DNA of 64,000 bases, from NCBI GenBank assembly GCA_963710425.1, contig CAVQAR010000024.1, forward strand, positions 229,042-293,041, written 5' to 3'. The stretch is from an uncultured delta proteobacterium (GTDB lineage Bacteria > Desulfobacterota > Binatia > Binatales > Binataceae). Position numbers and translations under genes: made by a program. The first letter of the stretch is position 1; the number at the start of each line of letters is the position of its first letter. Of this stretch, positions 51,879 through 63,457 are shown in pieces. A model generated the notes under the pieces. The model was not told the origin of the DNA. It did no database searches and saw only the letters and a program-made list of their open reading frames with translations.

Positions 51879-52364
51879 ATGGCCGACAACACCAACAAGA
51901 TACTTAGTCCCGGCACTGCGGCGCCGGATTTTTCGCTGCATAGTACGCCTGATCAACTCGTCTCGTTGAGCGATTTCCGCGGCGCGCCGCTAATCATCGC
52001 TTTCTACCCGGCGGATTGGAGCCCGGTCTGCGGCGATCAGATGGCGCTCTACAATGAGGTGCTGCCCGAGTTTCACAAATTCAAGGCGGCGATCGTCGGG
52101 ATCTCGGTCGATGGCTCCTGGTGCCATGATGCGTTCGCGCAGAATCGCAAGTTGCACTTTCCGCTGCTGGCGGACTTCGAGCCCAAGGGTGCGGTCGCAC
52201 GCAAGTACGGCGCGTATCGCGATCACGAGGGCGTCTGTGAGCGAGCGCTGTTCGTAATCGATCCCAAAGGGACGATTGCGTGGAGCTACCTGTCTCCGCT
52301 CGGGGTCAATCCCGGCGCCGACGGAATACTCGAAGCACTCGAAACGCTCGCGGCGAAAAAGTAG
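51879..52364 (+). CDS. Peroxiredoxin (AhpC/TSA, AhpE-like)
   Basis: FYPADWSPVC, GISVD, ERALFVID. Confidence 0.9.
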   Translation: MADNTNKILSPGTAAPDFSLHSTPDQLVSLSDFRGAPLIIAFYPADWSPVCGDQMALYNEVLPEFHKFKAAIVGISVDGSWCHDAFAQNRKLHFPLLADFEPKGAVARKYGAYRDHEGVCERALFVIDPKGTIAWSYLSPLGVNPGADGILEALETLAAKK

Positions 52365-52374
52365 GAGCCGGCCC

Positions 52375-52905
52375 ATGAGTCCATCTGCGAAACTTAAGCC
52401 ACCGGTCGGCGCGAACGATCATGTGCAGGGTCCGGCGAAAGCGCCGGTCACGATCGTCGAGTATGGAGATTACGAATGCCCCTACTGCGGCGAAGCGTAT
52501 CCGGTAACGAAGGCGCTGCAGAAGCGTCTGGGTGATCAGCTGCGCTTTGTTTTTCGGAATTTCCCGCTAGCCGAGGCGCATCCTCATGCCGAGCACGCCG
52601 CGGAAGCGGCGGAGGCGGCCGGCGCGCAAGGCAAGTTCTGGGAGATGCACGATTTGCTGTACGAGAATCAGGACGCGCTCGAAGATGAAGATTTGGTGCG
52701 ATATGCCAAAGCGCTTCGGCTCGATCTGCCGCGATTCGTCAAGGAGATGGAGGCGCATACTCACGCCGAGCGGGTGCGCGAGGATTTTAGCAGCGGAGTC
52801 AGGAGCGGAGTGAATGGCACGCCGACGTTTTTCATTAACGGCGCGCGTCACGACGGGCCGTTCGATCTTGGGTCGTTGATGGCGGCGATTGAGGAGGCTG
52901 CGTAG
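52375..52905 (+). CDS. DsbA-family thioredoxin-fold protein
   Basis: EYGDYECPYC, FRNFPL, GVNGTPTFFING. Confidence 0.9.
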   Translation: MSPSAKLKPPVGANDHVQGPAKAPVTIVEYGDYECPYCGEAYPVTKALQKRLGDQLRFVFRNFPLAEAHPHAEHAAEAAEAAGAQGKFWEMHDLLYENQDALEDEDLVRYAKALRLDLPRFVKEMEAHTHAERVREDFSSGVRSGVNGTPTFFINGARHDGPFDLGSLMAAIEEAA

Positions 52906-52917
52906 CGGGGCAATCTG

Positions 52918-53226
52918 ATGAGTGACACGCTCGCGCCTTTGATCCTGGATTTTCTCGAATGGATAGCGGCCCGGCCGCGACCTTACTCGGAAGTGATGGA
53001 GGTCTGGCGCACGTCATGCCCGCGGTTGACGGTCTGGGAGGATGCGAACGAGCGGGGGTTTATTGCGCGTCGGCATGTTGATGGGCGCGAAGTCATTGTT
53101 GATCTGACAGCAGCTGGGCTCAGCTTCCTTAAAGGGAGCGGGCGAGTTGTTCTCAATATTGCAGACGCACCGCAGGACCCTCACCCACCGGCCGCGATGC
53201 GGCCGGCCTCCTCTCCCGTAAAATAA
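52918..53226 (+). CDS. Conserved hypothetical protein; 3' end runs through a G repeat
   Basis: LEW...PRPYSEVMEVWRTSCPRLTVWEDA motif; 53178-53236 is a family-G repeat. Confidence 0.65.
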   Translation: MSDTLAPLILDFLEWIAARPRPYSEVMEVWRTSCPRLTVWEDANERGFIARRHVDGREVIVDLTAAGLSFLKGSGRVVLNIADAPQDPHPPAAMRPASSPVK

Positions 53227-53244
53227 CGGGCGAGGTGTCAGGAA

Positions 53245-53604
53245 TCAGCTGTTTGGATCGACGCCCCACTTTTTCTTGTTTTCGGCTACTTGCTCGGGGG
53301 TTGGGTGATCGACTTTTTTGAACGGCATCACTTTGAACTGATCTTTGATTTCGAGCAGCGCGTGGTTTAGGGCGATGTCGTCCTTGAGGACCTCGGGCAC
53401 TGCCGGCTCTTCGAAAATCGCCTGCCACGGGCATTCGGGCTCGCAGGCGCCGCAATCGATACATTCGTCGGGATCGATGTAGAGCTGGTTGGGGAATTTT
53501 ACCTTGTCGGGGCCGACGTATTCGTAGATACAATCGACCGGGCAAACACTGACGCATCCGGTGTCAACGCAGTCGCGGCAAAGACGGGTGATGGTCCAGG
53601 GCAT
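53245..53604 (-). CDS. Dicluster ferredoxin
   Basis: C..C.D..C...CPVDCI and [12 protein letters not shown]. Confidence 0.93.
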   Translation of the reverse strand: MPWTITRLCRDCVDTGCVSVCPVDCIYEYVGPDKVKFPNQLYIDPDECIDCGACEPECPWQAIFEEPAVPEVLKDDIALNHALLEIKDQFKVMPFKKVDHPTPEQVAENKKKWGVDPNS

Positions 53605-53834
53605 GGTTGCAGCCTCGCTTGGAATCGAGTCCTTATAATATCTCGAAAATTGTCACGAATCTAAAATCGCACTCCCTATTGTCGGGAGTACGCCGCATAA
53701 CCTATATCGGCACAGCGGCTCTGAAAAGGGCAACGATGGGGAAATCGTGACGGCGGAAAACCGGTGTGATCGCAGGGCAGGCGGGCTAGAATATCCGGCG
53801 CGAAGCGTCGGAAATACGAGCGGGGATATAGAAG

Positions 53835-55319
53835 ATGGCATCAAAGTCGAGAGCGAAGATGCGCAAGGCCGGCGTCGCCAAGCGCGCGGCGACCGCGAAG
53901 CGAGACGTAGCCGTCAAGGCGCCGCTGACGGGCGAGCGCGTCGAGTCGGACAGCATGGGCGCGATCAACGTCGCGAACGATCGATACTGGGGCGCGCAGA
54001 CGGAGCGGTCGCTGCTGCATTTCGCGATCGGATTCGATCGGATGCCGCGTTCGGTGGTACGCGCGTTCGGGATTTTGAAAAAGGCGGCGGCGGAAGTTAA
54101 TCGCGATCTCGGCAAGCTGCCGCCCGACAAGGCGCGGCTGATGACCGCGGCCGCCGATGAAGTGATCGCAGGCAAGCTCGACGATCATTTTCCGCTGCGC
54201 ATCTGGCAGACCGGCAGCGGCACGCAGACCAACATGAACGCTAACGAAGTGATCTCGAATCGCGCGATCGAGATGGCGGGCGGCGTCCTCGGCAGCAAGA
54301 AGCCGATTCATCCCAACGACGACGTGAACATGTCGCAGTCGTCGAACGACACTTTTCCGACCGCGATGCATATAGCGGCGGCAGAGGAAGTCACGCACCA
54401 GCTGATTCCGTCGGTGCGCAAGTTGCGCGACACGCTCGCTCGCAAGGTAAAAGAGTTCGACGGCATCGTGAAGATCGGGCGCACGCATCTGATGGATGCG
54501 GTGCCGCTGACGCTCGGGCAGGAATTCTCGGGCTACGTCGCGCAGCTCGACTACGATTTGAAACGGCTCGAGGCGGCGCTGCCGGACCTGCTCGAACTGG
54601 CGATTGGCGGCACGGCGGTCGGCACCGGACTCAATACGCATCGCGAATTTGCGGATCGCGTCGCGAAAAAGATCGCAGAGTACACCGGCTTGCCGTTCAA
54701 ATCGGCGCCGAACAAGTTCGCGGCGCTGGCGGCGCACGACGCGCTGGTGGCAGCTTCCGGAGCGCTCAAGACGCTCGCGGTGTCGCTGATGAAAATCGCC
54801 AACGACGTCCGCTGGATGGGATCGGGACCGCGCACGGGGCTCGCGGAATTAATTTTGCCGGAGAATGAGCCGGGCTCGTCGATCATGCCGGGCAAGGTGA
54901 ATCCGACGCAGTGCGAGGCGATGACGATGGTGTGCGTCCAGGTGATCGCCAACGACGTGGCGATCACGATAGGCGGATCGCAGGGAAATTTTGAGCTCAA
55001 TGTTTTCAAACCGCTCATCATCCACAACTTTTTGCACTCGACGATGCTGCTGGCGCATTCGTGCGCGTCGTTCAGCAAGTACTGCGTCGAGGGGATCCAG
55101 CCGAATCGCGAGCAGCTTGAGCGCAACGTCAAGAGCTCGTTGATGCTGGTGACGGCGCTGAGCGAACCTATCGGCTATGACAATGCGGCCAAAGTCGCAA
55201 AGAAGGCGCATGCGGAAAACATCTCGCTGCGCGAGGCCGCGATCGCGCTGAAGCTGCTGTCGGGTGAGGAGTTCGACCGGCTGGTGCGCGCCGACAAGAT
55301 GCTGGCGCCGGAAGGCTGA
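53835..55319 (+). CDS. fumC: Class II fumarate hydratase
   Basis: [34 protein letters not shown]. Confidence 0.98.
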   Translation: MASKSRAKMRKAGVAKRAATAKRDVAVKAPLTGERVESDSMGAINVANDRYWGAQTERSLLHFAIGFDRMPRSVVRAFGILKKAAAEVNRDLGKLPPDKARLMTAAADEVIAGKLDDHFPLRIWQTGSGTQTNMNANEVISNRAIEMAGGVLGSKKPIHPNDDVNMSQSSNDTFPTAMHIAAAEEVTHQLIPSVRKLRDTLARKVKEFDGIVKIGRTHLMDAVPLTLGQEFSGYVAQLDYDLKRLEAALPDLLELAIGGTAVGTGLNTHREFADRVAKKIAEYTGLPFKSAPNKFAALAAHDALVAASGALKTLAVSLMKIANDVRWMGSGPRTGLAELILPENEPGSSIMPGKVNPTQCEAMTMVCVQVIANDVAITIGGSQGNFELNVFKPLIIHNFLHSTMLLAHSCASFSKYCVEGIQPNREQLERNVKSSLMLVTALSEPIGYDNAAKVAKKAHAENISLREAAIALKLLSGEEFDRLVRADKMLAPEG

Positions 55320-55326
55320 GCCCGGA

Positions 55327-56388
55327 ATGCGTCGGGGGATCGTTGCGCTTGCTGTTGCGATTGTCGCGGCAATGTTGTGGCCGGTAGAGTCTCGCGCTGC
55401 GCAAACTCCGACCGGCATCGCGACCGATCCCATCCTGCAACCGCCTCCCTACAACGGACAGCCGCTCGAAATCGCCATTGGATTGCACATCGTGAACATC
55501 TCGTCGATCGACGAAGTGAACGAGCAGTTCCAGATGGACGCTTACCTGTTCGCGCGATGGATCGATCCGCGGCTCGCGTTCACGCCCAGCGGTCCTAACG
55601 ATCAGGAGCGCAACTACGCGTTCGGGCAAATCTGGATCCCGCAGCTCGAAATGATCAACGCCGCTACGCCGCGCACTCGTTACGACACTTCGCTCCGCGT
55701 CGCTTCCGACGGCAGTGTACACTACGCGGAGCGATGCAAGGTCGGGCTGTCATCGAAGTTCGCGCTCAGGCGCTTCCCGTTCGATCGGCAGTCGCTGGTA
55801 ATCATAATTCATCCGTTCCTGGTCGACGGACCTCGCACGGTGTTCAAATTGGACGATTATTCGACGTGGACGGCGAGCGAGTTCGAGAGCTACTCGTCGC
55901 TGGCGCAGTGGAAGCTGACCGCGGTCCAGCCGCGAATAGAAATGGCTCCGACCTACGGCGGACGGACGGTGCCGGAGGCGAGGTTCGCGATTTCGGTTCA
56001 GCGGCGCTCGAGCTTTTATTTGTGGAAGGTGTTTCTGCCGCTGCTGCTGATGGTGTTCCTGTCGTGGGCGGTGTTCTGGATCGAGGCGAGCGACCTATCG
56101 AACCAGGTGCAGGTCGCGGTCACGACAATTCTTACGGTGATCGCATTTGCGTTTGCGATTTCCGCGACGATGCCGCGGCTGCCGTACCTGACGTACATCG
56201 ATGCGTTCTTTCTCGAATGCTACATCTACGTTTTCCTCGCGGTGGTGGAACTGATGACGGTTCACGTAACGCACCGCTCGGAGCGCAGCCGCGACCTGGG
56301 CCTCGAGATTCGCAAGTACTCGCGCTGGCTGATCCCCGCGTCGTTCGTGGTGACGAACCTGATAATCGCCGAACACTTCCTTGGGTGA
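55327..56388 (+). CDS. Prokaryotic pentameric ligand-gated ion channel (GLIC/ELIC-like)
   Basis: Signal peptide, W.DPRL, IWIP.LEMIN, Pro-loop FPFDRQ, four TM helices, PRLPYLT. Confidence 0.92.
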   Translation: MRRGIVALAVAIVAAMLWPVESRAAQTPTGIATDPILQPPPYNGQPLEIAIGLHIVNISSIDEVNEQFQMDAYLFARWIDPRLAFTPSGPNDQERNYAFGQIWIPQLEMINAATPRTRYDTSLRVASDGSVHYAERCKVGLSSKFALRRFPFDRQSLVIIIHPFLVDGPRTVFKLDDYSTWTASEFESYSSLAQWKLTAVQPRIEMAPTYGGRTVPEARFAISVQRRSSFYLWKVFLPLLLMVFLSWAVFWIEASDLSNQVQVAVTTILTVIAFAFAISATMPRLPYLTYIDAFFLECYIYVFLAVVELMTVHVTHRSERSRDLGLEIRKYSRWLIPASFVVTNLIIAEHFLG

Positions 56389-56394
56389 TTCCTT

Positions 56395-56612
56395 GTGTCA
56401 TTCTGAACGCAGCGAAGAATCCCGGATCTTTCTGGATGCCGACCACACAACCCTAACCACGGCGCATGCGAGCGCCTCTATCGTCAAATTCGGGATTCTT
56501 CGTTAGCGCGCGAACCAGGAGAGCGTCGAGAAGATCGCCAAATCCGTGGATGGAGGTGAGTCGGCCGACATTCAGAAAGATCCGGGATTCTTCGCTGCGC
56601 TCAGAATGACAC
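56395..56612. repeat. Family-F inverted pair (REPIN-like) between convergent genes
   Basis: GTGTCATTCTGAACGCAGCGAAGAATCCCGGATCTTTCTG ... CAGAAAGATCCGGGATTCTTCGCTGCGCTCAGAATGACAC; a related copy lies at 31897-31966. Confidence 0.88.
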
Positions 56613-56630
56613 GAGAAAAGAGAATCAGTG

Positions 56631-58241
56631 TCACATTCTGAAGACGCCGAAATTTGCGTGGGCGGGGATTGGGGCGTTCATCGAGGCGGCGATGCCTAGC
56701 GCCAGTGCGGCCCGCGTTTCGATTGGATCGAGGACGCCGTCGTCCCATAGGCGGGCGCTGGAGTAATAGACGCTCGACTCGAGGTCGTACTTCTCGAGCG
56801 TCGGGCGCAAAAATTCCTTTTGTTCGGCGTCGGTCATCGTCGCGCCTTCGCGCTTCAACTGATCGAGCTTGACCGTGAGCAGTGTGTTCGCCGCCTGTTC
56901 ACCGCCCATTACTGAAATACGCGCGTTGGGCCACATGAAAAGCAATCGCGGCGAGTACGCGCGCCCGCACATCCCGTAGTTTCCCGCGCCGTTCGACGCA
57001 CCGATGATCACCGTGAACTTCGGGACCTGCGCGTTGGCGACCGCGTTGACCATCTTGGCGCCATCCTTTGCGATGCCGCCTTGCTCGTAGCGCTTGCCGA
57101 CGATGAAGCCGGTGATGTTTTGCAGGAAGAGCAGCGGGATGCGCCGCGCGCAGCACAGCTCGATGAAGTGGGTGGCCTTCAGCGCCGACTCGCTGAACAG
57201 CACGCCGTTGTTGGCGATGATGCCGACCGGATAGCCGTAGATTCGCGCGAAGCCGGTGACCAGCGTGGTCGCATAACGGGCCTTGAACTCGTGCATGCGG
57301 CTGCCATCGACCAGCCGCGCGATCACCTCGCGCACATCGTAGGGCTTGCGCGTATCGACCGAGATGATGCCGTAGAGTTCGGCGGGATCGTAGTGCGGAT
57401 CCTCGGGCGCGTCCTGCTCGATTGCGGCGCCGGTGCGAGTGCCGAGGTTCTCGAAGATGGCGCGCGCGATCTGGAGCGCGTGATCGTCGTCGTCGGCCAG
57501 GTGATCGCTCACGCCCGAGAGTCGCGTATGTACGTCGCCGCCGCCGAGCTCTTCGGCGGTCACTTCCTCGCCGGTCGCGGCGCGCACCAGCGGCGGACCC
57601 GCCAGAAAGATGGTGCCCTCTTCGCGGACAATTATGTTTTCGTCGCACATCGCGGGCACGTACGCGCCGCCCGCCGTGCAACTGCCCATCACGACCGCGA
57701 CCTGCGCGATGCCTTTCGCCGACATCTGCGCCTGGTTGTAGAAGATGCGGCCGAAGTGACGCTCGTCGGGAAAAATCTCGGACTGCATCGGCAGAAACGC
57801 GCCGCCCGAATCGACGAGATAAACGCATGGCAGCAAATTTTCGATGGCGATTTGCTGCGCGCGAAGATGCTTCTTCACGGTCATCGGAAAATATGTGCCA
57901 CCTTTCACAGTTGCGTCATTGGCGACGATCACCGCCTCGCGCCCGTGGATTCTGCCGATGCCGGTGATGATGCTCGCGGACGGCGAGTCGCCGTCGTACA
58001 TATTGAATGCGGCCAGCGGCGACAGCTCGAGGAACGGACTGCCGGGGTCGAGCAGTTTTTTGACGCGGTCGCGCGCCAGCAGCTTGCCGCGTTCGACATG
58101 ACGCTCGCGCGCGGACGCGGGACCACCATTGCGAATACGCTCGATGTTATCGCGCAGCCGCTTGACCAGCGCGTCCATCGCGTCACGGTTGCGGCGGAAC
58201 TCGTCGGAGTTGGTGTTCAGCCGCGATTCAATTCGATCCAT
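56631..58241 (-). CDS. 3-methylcrotonyl-CoA carboxylase beta (carboxyltransferase) subunit
   Basis: [53 protein letters not shown]. Confidence 0.92.
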   Translation of the reverse strand: MDRIESRLNTNSDEFRRNRDAMDALVKRLRDNIERIRNGGPASARERHVERGKLLARDRVKKLLDPGSPFLELSPLAAFNMYDGDSPSASIITGIGRIHGREAVIVANDATVKGGTYFPMTVKKHLRAQQIAIENLLPCVYLVDSGGAFLPMQSEIFPDERHFGRIFYNQAQMSAKGIAQVAVVMGSCTAGGAYVPAMCDENIIVREEGTIFLAGPPLVRAATGEEVTAEELGGGDVHTRLSGVSDHLADDDDHALQIARAIFENLGTRTGAAIEQDAPEDPHYDPAELYGIISVDTRKPYDVREVIARLVDGSRMHEFKARYATTLVTGFARIYGYPVGIIANNGVLFSESALKATHFIELCCARRIPLLFLQNITGFIVGKRYEQGGIAKDGAKMVNAVANAQVPKFTVIIGASNGAGNYGMCGRAYSPRLLFMWPNARISVMGGEQAANTLLTVKLDQLKREGATMTDAEQKEFLRPTLEKYDLESSVYYSSARLWDDGVLDPIETRAALALGIAASMNAPIPAHANFGVFRM

Positions 58242-58308
58242 TTCAATATCCTTGATGCCTGCGGACCAAAGTTGGGCTAAATATTAGAAAGCTGGCTGGA
58301 TATTAGCG

Positions 58309-60645
58309 ATGCGCGAACGCGATCTGAAAGCACTCGAATTCGACAAGGTGATTCACCTCGTCATGGAACTCTGCGCCTCCGAGCCGGGGCGCGAGGCGAC
58401 CGCCGGGTTGCGCCCATCGATCGACACCGTCGAGGTGCAACGGCGGCTGACCGCGACCGCCGAGATGGTCGAGCTGCGATCGCACGCGGGCTCGATTCCG
58501 ATGAGCGAGTTTACCGATCAGCGGCCGTACCTGCTGGCGGCAGCGCGCGCCGGTGCGATCCTCGGCGGCGAAGCGCTGGTGAACGTTCGCGATTTTATCG
58601 TGGGCTCGCGCCACGTCAGTGGATTTTTGCGATCGCGCGTCGAGCGCTTCCCCAGTGTCGCAGCGCTGGTGCATAACCTGCTCGCGCCGAAGGAACTCGC
58701 AGACGCGATGCTAAGTGCGCTGGCTGACGACGGCACACTGCTCGACGACGCGAGCCCTGAACTGAAGAAGTTGCGCGGCAGGCTGCGTGATGAGCGCGCG
58801 GAACTCGAAGCGCGGCTGCTGAGGTCGCTCAACGCCTCGGGCATGGAGTCGTTCGTGTCCGATTACCTCGTGACGATTCGCAATCGCCGCTTTGTGCTGC
58901 CGATGAAGCTGAACTACTCGGAGCGCTTCGAGGGAATCGTGCAAGACCGCAGCGTTTCGGGAGAGACGTTGTTCGTCGAGCCGATGTGGGCGGTCGAGTT
59001 GAACAACCGGCTGATGATGCTCGAGCGTGAAGCGGAGGCGGAAGAAACACGAATCCTCGCGCGGCTGACTGCGATGGTCGGCGGATACGCGCCGGAGTTG
59101 CAGCTCACGTTCGACGCGATGGTCGCGCTCGACGCGCTCAACGCGCGCGCGCTTTTCGCCGAGCGCTTTCGATGCGTCGAGCCGCAGCTGGTCGATGAGG
59201 GAATCGATTTTATCGGCGCGCGGCATCCGCTGTTGATGACCAGCGGACGCGACGTGATTCCGATCGACGTGAAAATCGGCGCCGGGCAGCGCGGAATCGT
59301 CATCTCGGGGCCGAACACCGGCGGGAAGACGGTCGCACTCAAGACGGTCGGGCTGCTGTCGCTGATGGCGCAGGCGGGGATGCTGATTCCGGCGATCGCA
59401 GGCAGCAAGGCGACGGTGTTTCGCAGCGTGTTCGCTGATATCGGCGACGAGCAGTCGATCGAGTCCAACCTGTCGAGCTTTTCGGGGCACATCGCAAACC
59501 TGTCCGAGATAATTCGAGCGCTGGTCGAGCCGGCGCTGGTGATACTCGACGAGCCGGGCGCGGGCACCGACCCGGCCGAAGGCGCGGCGCTGGCGATCGG
59601 TTTGATGGACCATCTCGGGACGCGGCGCTGCATCCTGGCGATCGCGACGCACTCGACCGCGGTGAAACTGCACGCATACTCGCAGGCCGGGTTCGAGGCC
59701 GCTGCGGTGGATTTCGACGCCGAACATCTCGCGCCATTGTATCGTTTGAAGCCGCATACGATCGGGCAGAGTTACGGACTCGCGGTCGCGCGACGGCTGG
59801 GGCTGCCCGAGGAAATAATCCGCGCCGCCGAGCAATCGATGGGCGCCGGGACAATTGAACTCACCGACACCCTGAAGCGATTGGACGCCGAGCGAGCGAA
59901 GCTCAACGCGCAGCTAGAAAAATTGCGCGAGCGCGAGCTCAACCTGGCTCAGATCGAGCAGGACGTCTTGCAGCGAGCGGAAAAAACGCGCGAGCGCGTG
60001 GAACTAGAACGAAAGCGGCTGCGAGCTGAAGTCGCAGAGTTGATCGAGGAGCTCAAGCGCGACGGTGCAGCGCTGATGGATGAGCTAAAGTCGCGGGCGA
60101 AATCGCGCACCGACTTGAAAGGGTTCATCACACAGTCGTCGGCGAAACTCGAAAGCCTCGCACCGGCGGCCGAAGGCTCATCGGAGTCCGACGCGCCGTT
60201 GAAGGTCGGCGACAGCGTCGAGGTCGGCGACATCCGCGGCGAACTTAGCGTCCTTGAGGCTGGACGCGCGGTGATAAGTCGAGGCGGTTTAAGGATCGAG
60301 GTTGCGCCTGAGCGGTTGCGCAGGTCGGCGGCGAGTGTGTCCGAACTTCGTCCGCCGCGAGCGAAGGAGGCGGCTGTCAGCTACAGCGTCGAGGGCGAGG
60401 AGCGCAACGAGTTGAATCTGATCGGGATGCGCACGACCGATGCTCTACGCAAGCTCGAGGAATTTCTCGACAATGCGTTCCTGACGAATCGCGCAGAGGT
60501 GCGGATTGTCCACGGGATTGGATCGGGCGCGCTCAGGAAAGCGGTGGCGGAATACCTGGGCACATCGCCGTACTGCGCGTCGTTCCGCGGCGCCGAACCG
60601 CATCATGGAGGCGCGGGCGCAACGATCGTCCAGATGAATTTGTAA
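58309..60645 (+). CDS. mutS2: Endonuclease MutS2
   Basis: GPNTGGKT, DIGDEQSI, DEPGAGTDP.EG, C-terminal Smr domain (HGIGSGALR). Confidence 0.96.
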   Translation: MRERDLKALEFDKVIHLVMELCASEPGREATAGLRPSIDTVEVQRRLTATAEMVELRSHAGSIPMSEFTDQRPYLLAAARAGAILGGEALVNVRDFIVGSRHVSGFLRSRVERFPSVAALVHNLLAPKELADAMLSALADDGTLLDDASPELKKLRGRLRDERAELEARLLRSLNASGMESFVSDYLVTIRNRRFVLPMKLNYSERFEGIVQDRSVSGETLFVEPMWAVELNNRLMMLEREAEAEETRILARLTAMVGGYAPELQLTFDAMVALDALNARALFAERFRCVEPQLVDEGIDFIGARHPLLMTSGRDVIPIDVKIGAGQRGIVISGPNTGGKTVALKTVGLLSLMAQAGMLIPAIAGSKATVFRSVFADIGDEQSIESNLSSFSGHIANLSEIIRALVEPALVILDEPGAGTDPAEGAALAIGLMDHLGTRRCILAIATHSTAVKLHAYSQAGFEAAAVDFDAEHLAPLYRLKPHTIGQSYGLAVARRLGLPEEIIRAAEQSMGAGTIELTDTLKRLDAERAKLNAQLEKLRERELNLAQIEQDVLQRAEKTRERVELERKRLRAEVAELIEELKRDGAALMDELKSRAKSRTDLKGFITQSSAKLESLAPAAEGSSESDAPLKVGDSVEVGDIRGELSVLEAGRAVISRGGLRIEVAPERLRRSAASVSELRPPRAKEAAVSYSVEGEERNELNLIGMRTTDALRKLEEFLDNAFLTNRAEVRIVHGIGSGALRKAVAEYLGTSPYCASFRGAEPHHGGAGATIVQMNL

Positions 60646-60672
60646 ACCAGACCGGGGGTGCAAAAGTTAGAA

Positions 60673-60715
60673 GAACCTAACCCCTTACCCCTTCCCGAGC
60701 GGGAAGGGGAACCGG
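60673..60715 (-). repeat. Family-A repeat between convergent mutS2 and asmA-like genes
   Basis: GAACCTAACCCCTTACCCCTTCCCGAGCGGGAAGGGGAACCGG. Confidence 0.9.
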
Positions 60716-60720
60716 ATTTT

Positions 60721-63268
60721 TCAGAAAAGTTTCTTCAACTGATCTAGCGGATTCGGTGGGGGATTAGAGTTGCCGCCACCATTGTTGCTGCCCGATCCGC
60801 TGTTGCCATTGCCTGATCCGTCGGTGCTGCCTGAGTCGCCGCCGAGGAATTTTCCTAAGCCTCCGGGCAGGCCTTTTTTGCCGAAGACTTTGCCGAGATA
60901 TTTCTGACCTTGGGCCTGCATGGCGTTGCTTCCGGCGCGCTGTGCCAGTTCGGTCACGTTGGGCAGGACTTGCGGCTTAGGCAATTGCCCAACGACCTGC
61001 AACGGGACGTCGATTTGTCCGTCCTTATTTGCGATGAACGCGACTTCCTTTTTCTGCTCGATCAGCTCCTTGCTGAATTGCGGTGACAGCACGATGCGCG
61101 CGGCGAGATCGATATTCTTGTCCATGTCGAACCATCCGTCGCCGAGCAGATTGTAATCGACAGTCTGCACCTTGACGTCGTGCGACGTGATCCGCGGGCC
61201 TTCGAGCACGAAGGTCAGAGTCGCTAGCTGGATGTCAGTGTCGGGATTGCTGAAAAGCTCCGGATGATTCTTGACGACGGCATCCGGCACCAGGTTGCCA
61301 ATCGCGGGAAGGTTCTGCACCTTGCTGAGCGCCTGTCCGCCGACGTTGACGCCGACCAGCTTGCCGTTAGTCAGCGTCAGATTGCCGTTGCCGCGCAGCG
61401 TCGGCTTCATCTCGTCGAAGGTGCCGGTCTTTCCGCTAACCTTGATATTTCCACCGAGCGTGCCGCGAACGGTGCCGGCGGCCTTGGATTTTTGCGAGTC
61501 GAGCGCCTGCTGAATATCGAGATTGGTGAAGCTGATCGACGCTTGCATCGGCGCCGACGCCTCGAGCTGCGTGCTTCCAGTCGCGACGATGTCTCCCGAA
61601 AACGCCTTCAGCTTGAGCCGGGCAACGCGCGCGAATTTGTCCTGAAGCGACAGCGCCAAGTCCAGGTTCTGGTATTGAACGCCGCCGAGATTGCCCGACG
61701 GCGAGGTGATTTGCGACTCGATGGTGTTGACGTTTTTTGCACCGGTCGAGGCAGAGCCCTTGGCGAAGAGCTGATTGATCACCTCGTCGGGCGGACGCGA
61801 GGGTACGAGATCCGCGAGGCGCACCGAGGCCGCATTCAGCTCATAGCTCATGACCAGGGGCTGGAACTGATCGATGTGCGACTTCAACGTCGCCTGCTGC
61901 GGGCCGATATTGAAAGTCAGCGGTCCAACGTCGGCGCCGGTTCCTTCGAGCTTGATGTTACCACTCAGATTACTCAGCGGCGGCGCCTTCTGATCGGGTA
62001 TCGACAAACCGACTCCGGCGAGCGCGACTGTGCCGTCAGCGGACGCCTTGCCGTTCGCGAGCGTCGCGCTGGTATGAATCTCGGTCTTGCCCGCGAGGTT
62101 GTACTTGCCGAGCGCCGGAATCATTTTCGCGAGCGAAGCGATGTCGAAATTGTTGGTATCGACGTGCGCCGCGGTCGTGCCATCGCCGATTTTGATATCC
62201 GTCGCCTTCGCTTCGAGGTCGCCCGCCGTGATGTTGGCGAGCGTCACCGTCACGACCGAGTCGGTCCGCGAACCTTCGGCAGAAATCTTCAGCGGCGTGT
62301 CGGCGGGCTTGGTGAACGTGTCGCCAAAGGCGATCGCGGGTGCGCTCAAATCGCTCGAGGCGGTGAATTTGATCGAGTGAACGGTGCCGTCAGCGGTGGC
62401 GTCGAAGGCGATCGGGCCGGAAATGGAAAGCTTCGGCGGTATCGCGTCCGCGAGCATCGGGATCGTCTTCAGCTGCGTCAGTAGAATCGGGCCGACCTTG
62501 GCTTTGCCGGAGATGGGGATCGCGTCGATATCGATAACGCCGTTGCTGATCAGCGGGCCAATCGTCGCCGAGAGATCGAAGTTCTGTTGATCGCTCAGCG
62601 CGGCGAAGGTGAGGTCGATGGTGAATTGCGCGTTGAAGACGAAGTCGCGCAGCTTGAGGTTGATCGCGTTGACGGTCGCGCTTTCCGGCGCGCCCTCCGT
62701 CTCATAGGTCAGAGTGCCGTCGTTAATCGAGAAATTCTGCACCTGCAGCGAGCCAAGAGTCGCGGGCGCCTCTGCCCGCTTCCGCCATCGGCGACTCCTG
62801 GTTCTCCCCGCCGCCGCCCCCGCCCTCGCCGGGTTGCGATTCCTCTTCGGTGTGGACCTTTTTTCGGCCGAGGGTCGAGACGTTGAAGGTGCCGTCGCGA
62901 GTCTGGACGATTCGGATCACCGGTTTGTCGAGCACAACTTCGGTGACTTCGATCCGGCGCGCCAGCAGCGGCATCAGTTGCAGGCGGGTGTAAACGTTGC
63001 TCGCCTCGATAAACGGTTTTTTCGAAATGTCGGGGTCGTCGGCGACCTGTACGCCAGTCACGTCGGCCAGGATTCCCCAGCCAAGGGTCACCTTGATGTC
63101 GTCGGCGTGAACCTGGCGGCCAAGCGCGGTGCTGACCTTGTCGAGGATGGTCTGGCGGCGCTCGGCGATGATCGAATTGAGGTTGGTGGCGGCATAGAAG
63201 AGGATCGCGCCGGCGAAAATCACGACGGCTCCGACAATTGCGGCGGCGATTACGATGACACGGCGCAT
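60721..63268 (-). CDS. AsmA-family protein; apparent frameshifts about 62750-62830
   Basis: N-terminal TM anchor, ALGRQV, LMPLL.RRIEV; long beta-rich body; VPLQVVG.L.KPQV. Confidence 0.85.
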
Positions 63269-63457
63269 ACGAGGATCCTCACATCGCAACTTCGAAGCAG
63301 TTCGCGACACGCCGGCAAGTGTAGTCGATGCGCGCCTGACGCGCATCATTTTCGGCTTTCGATTTTATGTTGCGAGCGCTTCAGATCGCGCGCCGGTTTG
63401 AATGGCGTGGTGTCCTCAGCGTAGTCTGTCACCTACCTGAACCTGCGGCTCTTTCTA

